Shown one piece after another: positions 7,096-15,800 of a DNA stretch of 24,000 bases (positions are counted from its first letter, which is position 1; the number at the start of each line of letters is the position of its first letter). Source of the stretch: Pedobacter sp. PAMC26386. Lineage in GTDB: Bacteria > Bacteroidota > Bacteroidia > Sphingobacteriales > Sphingobacteriaceae. The notes under the pieces were generated by a model that worked only from the letters and a program-made list of their open reading frames with translations, was not told the DNA's origin and made no database searches. The position numbers were made by a program, and so were the translations under genes. The stretch spans positions 2,295,067 through 2,319,066 of the forward strand of contig CP060294.1 of assembly GCA_014302835.1 (NCBI GenBank), read 5' to 3'.

Positions 7096-7764
7096 ATGAA
7101 TTATTTAAAAGCCTGTATCAAAGTATTAATTACAGCTGGTCCAACCAGAGAGCCAATTGATCCGGTACGCTACCTGACCAATCGTTCTTCCGGAAAAATG
7201 GGTTATGCAATTGCCGAAGTGTTTTTGAAAATAGGATTCGAAGTCATCCTGATTTCAGGCCCCGTTGAACTGAGTTTATATCATTCAAGACTTCGCTTAA
7301 TCAAGGTTGGTTCTGCACAGGAGATGTATAATGCAGCACAACAATATTTTGAAGCTACAGAAATTGCAGTATTTACAGCAGCTGTTGCTGATTACCGGCC
7401 AGCAGAAATAGCAGAATACAAACTCCAGAAAAAAGAAGATTCTTTCCAATTGCAAATGGTTAAAAATATAGATATCGCCTTTGAATTTGGGTTGAGAAAA
7501 ACTAAAAACCAAATCGCTATAGGATTTGCATTAGAAACAGATCATGAACTAGACAATGCAGTAAAGAAGATCTGGGCTAAGAATCTTGACCTGGTGATCT
7601 TAAATTCCACACAGGATGAATTTGCAACTTTTGGTTATGACACTAATAAGATTGCTATGATTTACCCGGATGCGTCAATTGTAAATTTCCCATTGAAACC
7701 AAAAATACAGGTTGCTAAAGATATCGTCATGGCAGCCATTAATCTAAAAGCTCAAAAGGTTTAA
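7096..7764 (+). CDS. coaB: Stand-alone CoaB-type phosphopantothenate--cysteine ligase-like protein (DFP C-terminal domain only)
   Basis: [40 protein letters not shown], KLQKK and MVKNIDI align by eye with the E. coli CoaBC ligase half ([49 protein letters not shown]). At 222 aa it has no flavin-dependent decarboxylase (CoaC) half. Confidence 0.8.
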   Translation: [222 protein letters not shown]

Positions 7765-7792
7765 AATTCAACATTGCTTTAATAAAAGAAAG

Positions 7793-8200
7793 ATGACAAT
7801 CAAACAAAAAAATATAACCTACTGGATTTTGAGACTCACCGCAGCATTCATCCTCCTCCAAACGCTATTTTTCAAATTTACAGGGGCAGAAGAATCTGTT
7901 TATATCTTTTCTACTCTTGGGATGGAGCCTTGGGGAAGAATTGGTACAGGAATCGTGGAACTTATAGCCGCTATACTTATCCTCATTCCCAGAACAACTG
8001 CTATTGGTGCAGTTATAGGCATGGGAATGATGAGTGGGGCATTATTATCTCACCTTACCGTACTTGGAATTGTGGTTAAAAATGATTCAGGAGCATTATT
8101 TATTTACGCATTAATCACCTTTATCTGCTGTTTTCTGCTCGCTTATGCTTTCCGTACACAGTTAATTCAGTTATTAAAAAAAGTAAACATCAAAATATGA
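7793..8200 (+). CDS. DoxX-family inner-membrane protein
   Basis: 135 aa with four hydrophobic helices. The N-terminal ILRLTAAFILLQTLFFKFTG and the IGTGIVELIAAILILIPRT pattern are typical of DoxX proteins. Confidence 0.65.
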   Translation: MTIKQKNITYWILRLTAAFILLQTLFFKFTGAEESVYIFSTLGMEPWGRIGTGIVELIAAILILIPRTTAIGAVIGMGMMSGALLSHLTVLGIVVKNDSGALFIYALITFICCFLLAYAFRTQLIQLLKKVNIKI

Positions 8201-8706
8201 CAATGCATTTAAATAAAACGATTTCATCTTTACTTGCACAACTTCAAAATTTGCTGGAAGAACTCTCAGATGAACAATATTGTATGCCAGTAATTGCGTT
8301 GTCCAATGCAACCCTTGGACAGCATACACGGCATATTGCAGAGTTTTACCTGGAGCTTGATCATGGTTACCAGAACGGTATCGTCAATTACGACAACCGA
8401 AAAAGAAATTATAAAATTGAGACTTTCAGAATTTTCACCATTCACCTGCTTCAGGAAATTTCAGCAGGCATGATTAAAGAAAATAAGGAACTCAAGCTTA
8501 TCGCCGACTATGGAACAGCCATAAATGACGAAATCTGTATAGTAGAAACCAATTATTTCAGAGAATTACTCTATAATCTGGAACATACTGTCCATCATAT
8601 GGCACTGATGAGAATTGGTGTGACGGCTGTCTCGGGTATCATATTGCCAGTAGATTTCGGCGTAGCTGCTTCTACTATAAAATTCAGAAAAACATGTGCA
8701 CAGTAA
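8197..8706 (+). CDS. DinB-fold (DinB_2-like) metal-dependent protein
   Basis: A four-helix-bundle-style sequence carries a His triad pattern: GQHTRHIAEF near the N-terminus and LEHTVHHMALM near the C-terminus. The start overlaps the DoxX stop (ATGA). Confidence 0.55.
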   Translation: MTMHLNKTISSLLAQLQNLLEELSDEQYCMPVIALSNATLGQHTRHIAEFYLELDHGYQNGIVNYDNRKRNYKIETFRIFTIHLLQEISAGMIKENKELKLIADYGTAINDEICIVETNYFRELLYNLEHTVHHMALMRIGVTAVSGIILPVDFGVAASTIKFRKTCAQ

Positions 8707-10481
8707 CCTTTATTCCTTCAAATAGTGGAATTCATATCACCTCTAACAGAGATGAACATGCTACACGAAGCCGGGCTATCCGTCCAAAAAAGTATGTAAC
8801 TAATGGATACGAATTGATCTATCCAAAAGATGAGGATGGTGGTGGCAGCTGGATTGCGACCAAAACCAATGGTGACGCTGCGGTCTTGTTAAACGGAGCC
8901 TTTATCAAACATATTCCCGCCCTGTCTTACCGTAAAAGCAGGGGTTTGATCTTTCTTGAAGTAATTCAGGCAAATGAGCCAGCTGGGCATTTTAAGACAA
9001 TCGATCTTGAAAACATTGCCCCTTTTACCCTGGTTCTTTATTCAGGTGGACAGCTACGTACCTTAAGATGGGATGGTCTTCGTAAACATAATCTATTGAT
9101 GGATGAAAGTATACCGCATATCTGGTCTTCCGTTACCCTTTACGAGCAAGAAATAGTAAATGATAGAGAACGCTGGTTTAAAACATGGATTGAATCTGAT
9201 CAGGAATTAAATAAAGATAAAATTCTTCACTTTCATCGCTTTGCTGGAAACGGTGACCCGGAAAATGATCTGATCATAGATAGAAAAAGTAAGCTGTCTA
9301 CAGTAAGTATTACTTCTGTTTTTGTATCCTCTTTCAGTACATGTTTAACTTACCTTGACCTGAAAGCTAATCAGAAATATGTTGTATCACTCAGTTGCAG
9401 GCAGGATAAGATCGTTACAGATGGCCAGTTATACAAGATCGGATGGGCAACAAAACGCTTGTTGATTAAGACTTTCAATTGGGAATACTGGCCTTTTCAA
9501 TTGGTCTATATTCCTATGTATGTATATTGGTTCTGGCTTAGTTTTAAAGCGCGTTCCTTTTTCTTTTTTAGTGCGGCAAATCCCCTGATTGAAAATAGTG
9601 GGTTTGCATTGGAAAGAAAAAGCAAAATCTATGATACGATTCCTAAAGCCTATTATCCGAAAACAACACTTATTGAGCCGGATATAGAAATAGCACAACT
9701 AGAAAAGATGCTGGAAAAAGATGGGTTTAATTTTCCTCTAATTGCAAAACCTGATATTGGAGAAAGGGGTGTAAAGGTAAAAATTTTGCATCATGCAGAG
9801 GATCTTAGAGCATACAAGACAGAAAGTAAAGTAGATTTTCTGATTCAGGATTTTATTGATTATGAACAGGAGGCAGGAATATTCTATTACCGGATTCCCG
9901 GAGAAAAAAGAGGCCATATTTCTGGTATCGTTGGAAAGGAATTTCTGGCAGTTACCGGTAATGGTAGGTCAACTATAATAACGTTACTTCAACAGGAAGA
10001 TCGTTATATTCTGCAATTACCCGTATTAAAAACGCTTTATGGCAATTTTCTCCAAACCATTTTACCTGAAGGTGTCCGCCATATACTAGTTCCTTATGGC
10101 AATCACAGTCGTGGTTCAAAATTTACAGATCTAAGCCATAAAATTAATGAAGAATTAGTAAACGCAATAGATCATATATGCAGCAAAGTTCCTGAGTTCT
10201 ATTTTGGCCGGCTGGACATCAAATTTAAAAACTGGGAAGATCTGTCTAAAGAAAAAAACTTCTCGATCATTGAGTTGAATGGTGCGGGGAGTGAGCCCAC
10301 ACATATCTATGATCCAAAACATTCTATCTTTTTTGCTTGGAAGGAAATCATCAGACATTGGGATTTACTTTTTAAGATCAGCAGAATGAATGCCCGTCGT
10401 AAGGGCTTAAGATTGATGGGAACAACTGAAGGAATGAAAATGCTGAGAGATCATACTGAACATTTAAAACTAATCGCTTAA
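8694..10481 (+). CDS. Fusion protein: N-terminal NRDE/TANGO2-family domain + hydrophobic linker + C-terminal ATP-grasp ligase
   Basis: The N-terminus reads MCTVTF...TSNRDEH...GGGSWIA...GDAAVLLNG, which parallels human TANGO2 (MC...ANRDE...GGTWLG...G..AALTN). The linker is WEYWPFQLVYIPMYVYWFWLSF. ATP-grasp hallmarks are FPLIAKPDIGERGVKVKIL, FLIQDFIDYEQEAGIFYY and IIELNGAGSEPTHIYD (E-x-N metal site). It is a single uninterrupted 595-codon frame. Confidence 0.7.
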   Translation: MCTVTFIPSNSGIHITSNRDEHATRSRAIRPKKYVTNGYELIYPKDEDGGGSWIATKTNGDAAVLLNGAFIKHIPALSYRKSRGLIFLEVIQANEPAGHFKTIDLENIAPFTLVLYSGGQLRTLRWDGLRKHNLLMDESIPHIWSSVTLYEQEIVNDRERWFKTWIESDQELNKDKILHFHRFAGNGDPENDLIIDRKSKLSTVSITSVFVSSFSTCLTYLDLKANQKYVVSLSCRQDKIVTDGQLYKIGWATKRLLIKTFNWEYWPFQLVYIPMYVYWFWLSFKARSFFFFSAANPLIENSGFALERKSKIYDTIPKAYYPKTTLIEPDIEIAQLEKMLEKDGFNFPLIAKPDIGERGVKVKILHHAEDLRAYKTESKVDFLIQDFIDYEQEAGIFYYRIPGEKRGHISGIVGKEFLAVTGNGRSTIITLLQQEDRYILQLPVLKTLYGNFLQTILPEGVRHILVPYGNHSRGSKFTDLSHKINEELVNAIDHICSKVPEFYFGRLDIKFKNWEDLSKEKNFSIIELNGAGSEPTHIYDPKHSIFFAWKEIIRHWDLLFKISRMNARRKGLRLMGTTEGMKMLRDHTEHLKLIA

Positions 10482-10482
10482 G

Positions 10483-11127
10483 ATGCCGGGACATAGTAAG
10501 ATAACATTATATGCATTGGTCATCAGCTTCTTAGGCTCTTTGCCCCTGGGTACATTAAATCTTAGTGTGGCTAATTTTGTATTTAAAGATAATATTCCGG
10601 GGGCAATTGCCTTTGCTATTGCGGCAATAGTTGTAGAGATTGTACTAGTCAGGATAGCTTTGGTTACCGTAAACAGACTGGAAGGTTTGAAGCGCTTTTA
10701 TAAACTGTTTAACATAGTGACCTGTTTAATCCTGATTGTGCTTTCTATGATTAGCCTCAACGCTGCCTACAATAGGTGTAAATTTGAGGCTGGTCTACCC
10801 TTTTCAAACCTGAATCCCTTTCTTTCGGGTTTGTTGCTCAGTGTGATCAATCCACTGCACCTGCCATTCTGGATGGGCTGGACAGCAGTACTGAAGTCTA
10901 AAAATATTTTAGACCATTCCCTGGGGTCTTATAATGTATATGTTGCTGGGATTGGGATAGGTACGTCGCTTGCTTTTCTAACTTATGGTACAATTGGACA
11001 TCTCCTCATTACCAATTTGCTGAACTATCAGATATTGCTGAACTGGCTGGTAGGGATTACGCTGTTACTCACAGCGTTGATACAATTTTATAAAACATTT
11101 TTTACTCCAATAAAAAAACTCATATAA
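10483..11127 (+). CDS. LysE/RhtB-type small-molecule exporter
   Basis: About six hydrophobic helices. The N-terminal FLGSLPLGTLN and the central LSVINPLHLPFW resemble LysE-family motifs. The start lies 1 nt after the stop of the fusion gene. Confidence 0.6.
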   Translation: MPGHSKITLYALVISFLGSLPLGTLNLSVANFVFKDNIPGAIAFAIAAIVVEIVLVRIALVTVNRLEGLKRFYKLFNIVTCLILIVLSMISLNAAYNRCKFEAGLPFSNLNPFLSGLLLSVINPLHLPFWMGWTAVLKSKNILDHSLGSYNVYVAGIGIGTSLAFLTYGTIGHLLITNLLNYQILLNWLVGITLLLTALIQFYKTFFTPIKKLI

Positions 11128-11152
11128 TATTATTTGAGATAAAATAAATCTA

Positions 11153-11197
11153 TTTTTCATCGGCATGCTTTTCGATGAAAAACATGCCGATGAAAAG
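11153..11197. terminator. Long hairpin between convergent genes (likely transcript-end structure for both)
   Basis: TTTTCATCGGCATG (11154-11167) pairs perfectly with CATGCCGATGAAAA (11183-11196). After one C.A mismatch, five further pairs close a 3-nt loop. On the minus strand a U-rich tract (auagauuuauuuuau) follows a few nt after the stem. There is no immediate U-run on the plus strand. Confidence 0.5.
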
Positions 11198-11212
11198 CAA
11201 ATTAACACACTA

Positions 11213-12865
11213 TTACCAACCTGGATTCTGTTTCAAATTCGGATTTAGTGCCAATTCCTGTGTAGGAAGCGGGTTTAAATATAATTTATCATTCCATGTT
11301 CGTGTAATTCCGGGATAAATCAGGATATAGCTATTCCCATCAACCACAATATTATTTACCTGACTAGCGGGATATTGTGCCTTAAGAGCTGCTGTAAGCT
11401 TCATGCCCAAGATGGTTTCCGGATTATTTATCAAAGTACCAGCGTGCCATCTGTGCATATCGTCAAAACGGAAACCCTCAGCACCAAGTTCTATTCTTCT
11501 TTCTCTCCGTATTTCATCAGTGAGTACAGGAAGACCAGGGAAATTTGATTTTGGATCTTTAACCAAGCTGGCCAGAACCATATGTGCCATCCCTACCCGA
11601 TCTCTCAGTTTGTTTATAGTCAGATCTAGTGTGACCTGTGTGCAAGTACCTAATTCTGCTTTGGCTTCAGCCGAGATCAGCAATTGTTCAGCATAACGGA
11701 AAATAAAAAAATCATAAACACTTTGATTTGCATTCCATGCAGCCTGACTGGACGACCGTCCTTTAATTGGCTGATAACCAGTTGAAGTAACCGAAGTCCC
11801 TATCCTTGGTAAGGTGATGAAATCACCATTCAAAAAATCAAATCCTCTGGTAGCTATTTGCTGAGCATAACGCGGATCACGATTAGCCACCTCGTTTTCA
11901 GGCGTATCATCTCCTTTATATAGAGGACTTAATGAAGTGGGTAAACCATCTGTACACAAAAAGGAACGAACAAAATCTTTACTGTAACCATCACTTGATT
12001 CTCCTAATGACCTATCAATATTGTTCATCAATATATTAGTTAAATACCGCATAGGCATTATAACTTCGGGATTACCCTTTAACTCATCCTGAATAAACAA
12101 ATTATAATAATCGGATTGTGGCTTTCCTGTACTGTAAAGATTAAACAGGCCCGACTTTATAATCTGATCGGCAGCGTCAGAAGCAGCTTGCAAAAAGGGA
12201 GTTTCATCTCCAACTCCAAAATACTTCCTGTAAGTCCCCTCCCACAAGCAAATCCTTGCTTTCAATGCCAATGCGCAATATTTGTTTAAACGCCCATCTG
12301 GTGCGCTTACTGGCAGATGATCAACTGCAAAATTCAAATCCTTCAAAACTGAATCCATCACTTGTTTATGAGCCATCCTTGAACCATATAAAACTGTTTT
12401 AGAAGTATCGGTAATATAAGTGTTTATATAAGGTACATCGCCGAAAGTCTTAACCTTCCTCCAAAAATCATTCGCTCTGAAAAACAAGGTCTCCCCAACG
12501 TATATATTTTTTGTATTGTCACTTATATTAGCTCTGGAGTAATTGGCCAGAAAAAAATTACAAGACCTGATGAAACTAAAATCCCAGCCCCCACCTGTAT
12601 TTGGTACTGTTGCTGTACCAGCCAGAAAGGAATTAATTTGCGTATTGGCCTTGTCATCAGAACCATTATCTGCCCTTAAAAAGGATTGAACAGGCAGTTG
12701 AGAATAATATTGATTACAATATAATTGTAAATCACTCTCGTTTTTAAAAAAGTTTTGCGGACTGATATCACTTAAGGGTGCGCGGTTAAGAAAACTGTCC
12801 TTTTTGCAGGAAGCAAAAACTGTAACAGCAAAAATTGTCAGATATATGATAAGTCTATTTTTCAT
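11213..12865 (-). CDS. RagB/SusD-family nutrient-binding outer-membrane lipoprotein
   Basis: The lipoprotein signal is ...VFASCKKD. TPR-like SusD architecture. The C-terminal ...YLNPLPTQELALNPNLKQNPGW is typical of SusD homologues. It lies 34 nt downstream of a SusC-type gene. Confidence 0.9.
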   Translation of the reverse strand: MKNRLIIYLTIFAVTVFASCKKDSFLNRAPLSDISPQNFFKNESDLQLYCNQYYSQLPVQSFLRADNGSDDKANTQINSFLAGTATVPNTGGGWDFSFIRSCNFFLANYSRANISDNTKNIYVGETLFFRANDFWRKVKTFGDVPYINTYITDTSKTVLYGSRMAHKQVMDSVLKDLNFAVDHLPVSAPDGRLNKYCALALKARICLWEGTYRKYFGVGDETPFLQAASDAADQIIKSGLFNLYSTGKPQSDYYNLFIQDELKGNPEVIMPMRYLTNILMNNIDRSLGESSDGYSKDFVRSFLCTDGLPTSLSPLYKGDDTPENEVANRDPRYAQQIATRGFDFLNGDFITLPRIGTSVTSTGYQPIKGRSSSQAAWNANQSVYDFFIFRYAEQLLISAEAKAELGTCTQVTLDLTINKLRDRVGMAHMVLASLVKDPKSNFPGLPVLTDEIRRERRIELGAEGFRFDDMHRWHAGTLINNPETILGMKLTAALKAQYPASQVNNIVVDGNSYILIYPGITRTWNDKLYLNPLPTQELALNPNLKQNPGW

Positions 12866-12899
12866 TTTTCAACAGATTAAAATTTAATAAAAACTAATA

Positions 12900-15800
12900 C
12901 TATAATGTAGCCTGCAAGCCAACAGAAACTGATCTGTTGATAGGATAAGTCCTATAATTCCCGCCAGTGGTGATGATTTCCGGGTCATATCCTTTAAACA
13001 AAGAAGTAATAGTAAATAAATTAGCACCAGTAACATATACTCTTACTTTTTGCATTTTCAGTCTGCTGATCAATTGCTTTGGCAGGGAATAACCTAATGT
13101 TAACTGTTTGATTCTCGCATAAGCTGCATTTTGCAGATACTTAGTCTGTGTCTGTTTATTGCCCTGACCACTAAACCTTGGACGTGCAAAATAAGCAGTT
13201 GGATTCTCAGGAGTCCAATAATCAGTAGTAGATTTATATGGCAAATCATATTCACTGTTGTTAAAAGAATAAAATACATTATCATTTGGTGCATAATCAG
13301 CTTTTAATACACCCTGAACAAAAGCAGCAAAGTCAAAATCTTTATAGGATAGATTCAGGTTAAAACCGAACCTGTAACGTGGAGTGCTATTTCCTATAAT
13401 TTTCTTATCTCCTGGATTAGCCAATGTATTATTCCCATAACCAATCTTCCCATCATGGTTCAAGTCCGCATACTTAACGTCTCCAGCCAGCCATTTATAG
13501 CCTGCCAACGCCGAATTATCCATACTGGCAGCTTCAGCATCAGTTTGATAAAAACCCAGAGTTTGATAGCCCCAGATATTCCCCAGTTTCTCTCCTGGAT
13601 AATGATCGTCTATATTAAATGTAGGATTTAATGCATACTTAGTAATCGTACTAGAGGCATCTGAGACACCCAGGGTTACATTATAAAGTAACTGATTATC
13701 AAATACGCGGTCTCTCCATCCGACGCTAAATTCCCATCCCTTTGTACGCAGACTAGCTTGATTCAACAATGGCGCCCCGGTTCCTAATACTGCCGGCAAT
13801 TTCTGACCGTCCACAAGCATATCTTTTGTATCTGTAATAAAATAATCAAAACTACCACTTAGCTTATTATTTAATAAGGTATAATCAAGTCCAATATTTT
13901 TAGTCTGAACTTTTTCCCAGGTGAGTGTTGTACTAATCAAACCCGGAGTGTTGACCACAATACCGGGTTGGTTATTAAACAAATAACCCACAGTACCAGT
14001 ACCCTGAGTAGCAATATATGGATATTGCGCTCCAGCAGAGATCGCATCCGACGGGGTTTGCTGATTAGGTAACTGTCCATAAGAGGCTCTTATCTTCAAT
14101 TCATTAATCGTGTTTTTAGCACCCTGCATAAAAGATTCTTCGGTAATATTCCATCCTGCAGATACTGAAGGAGAGAATGCATAACGGTGATCTGCCGGAA
14201 ACCTCGATGTACCATCATATCTCCCATTAATCTCCAATAAATATCTTTTATCATAGATGTAATTAAGTCTGAAAAAAGTACCTACCAAAGCGTATTCTGT
14301 TTCTGTACCACCTACCACAGGTTTGGTATCAGTATTTGTTCCAATAGCTGGTAGGTAAGGATCAATCAGGCTTTTAGCCAGAGAGTTACTTAGCTGATAA
14401 TGCTGATATTCTTGATTATAACCCAAAAGTGCCTTGAAATAATGTTTCTTATTAAAGGTATTTTCATAGGTAGTATAGATATTCAAAGCATTATAATTGT
14501 TATTCCTCCTGTTTTCATTTACTTGTGAAGGGTTTGTCCAGGGAAATACACCTAATAAAACACCGTCTACTCCATATTCATTGAATGGAATTACATTTGA
14601 TTTTTGGAACTGCGAAAAGGCATTCCACGTATAATCAGCGGTAACTGTAAGATGATCCACCGGTTTTAAGATCACACGACCTGTTGTCCAGAAATCATTC
14701 TGAGAATTAATATCTCTGCCAGACAGATTAATCACCGCAACCGGGTTAGTATAACTTCCCTGTCCAGAATAATGTCCATCCGGATGATAAACAGGCATAA
14801 GTGGTCTTAAATCACCAGGGATCCAGGCTCCACCCTGATTAATAATCGTATTTGCGGCCTGGTTATTATTTGTATTTGTCATCGACATGTTCAAATTAAA
14901 GGTGATCCATGAAGTAACATCTGAATTGATTTTTAGACTTGGCGTATATCGTTTATAAATCTGGTTAGCTACTTTCTCAAGACCGTCTTGTTTAAAATAA
15001 CCTAAACTGGCTGAGTAGGTAGTCTTTCCTTCCCCACCAGATACGGATAAATTATGCTGTTGCTGAGGCGCCCAGCCAGGATAGAGTACTTTAATCCAGT
15101 CAGTATTTCCTACATACCTGTATAATTTTGGATTGCCAGGATCTGGATAGACGGCTGGATTATTTGCGGGATCTCTAAAAAAAGCATCGGCCATAATAGA
15201 ATCTCTTGCGGTAAAAGGACTGCCAGAAACAGAACCGCCAGTCCGGCTTCCTGTTCGCTGGGCATCATTAAACATTTTAATATACTCCTGCGAATTAAGA
15301 TAAGCAGGCATTATAGTAGGTCTTGAAGTGGTATATGAACCAGAGTAACTGATTTGTGTCACACCCTTTTTACCGGTTTTGGTAGTAATTAAAATTACCC
15401 CATAGGCTGCTCTGCTTCCGTAAATCGCTGAAGAAGCTGCATCTTTTAAAACTGTTACACTGGCTACATCATTCGGATCTATCAAGTTTGGATCACGTTG
15501 TATACCATCTACCAAAACTAGTGGTCTGGAACTTGAATTAGAGCCAATTGTAGTATATCCCCTGATGTTAAATGTAGCACTTGTGCCAGGCTGCCCATTA
15601 TTAACATTTACATTCAAATTGGGAATAAGGCCATTCAAGCCATCCCCAAGGTTCACAAGCGGCCTGCTTTCCAGTTTTTCACTCCCTATGGTTGCAATTG
15701 CACCAGTTAAATTAACTTTCTTCTGTGTGCCATAACCTACTACTACCACTTCACTCAACTTACCTTCATCGGCTTCTAGTCTGACTATCATTTCTATACC

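Noticed and set aside
7096-11127. Reading the CoaB-like to LysE block as an anti-phage defence system or mobile island
   Set aside because: I could recognise no nuclease, helicase, methyltransferase, STAND/AAA ATPase, TIR/SIR2, toxin-antitoxin, integrase or flanking repeats. The content is ligases, membrane proteins and an exporter, which fits metabolism and stress response better.
12900-12905. First SusC ends in Leu (…GLQATL) instead of a terminal aromatic residue, suggesting truncation or a pseudogene
   Set aside because: The barrel length is normal and the stop is followed at the usual spacing (34 nt) by the SusD gene. Hydrophobic non-aromatic termini do occur. I saw no frameshifted continuation.
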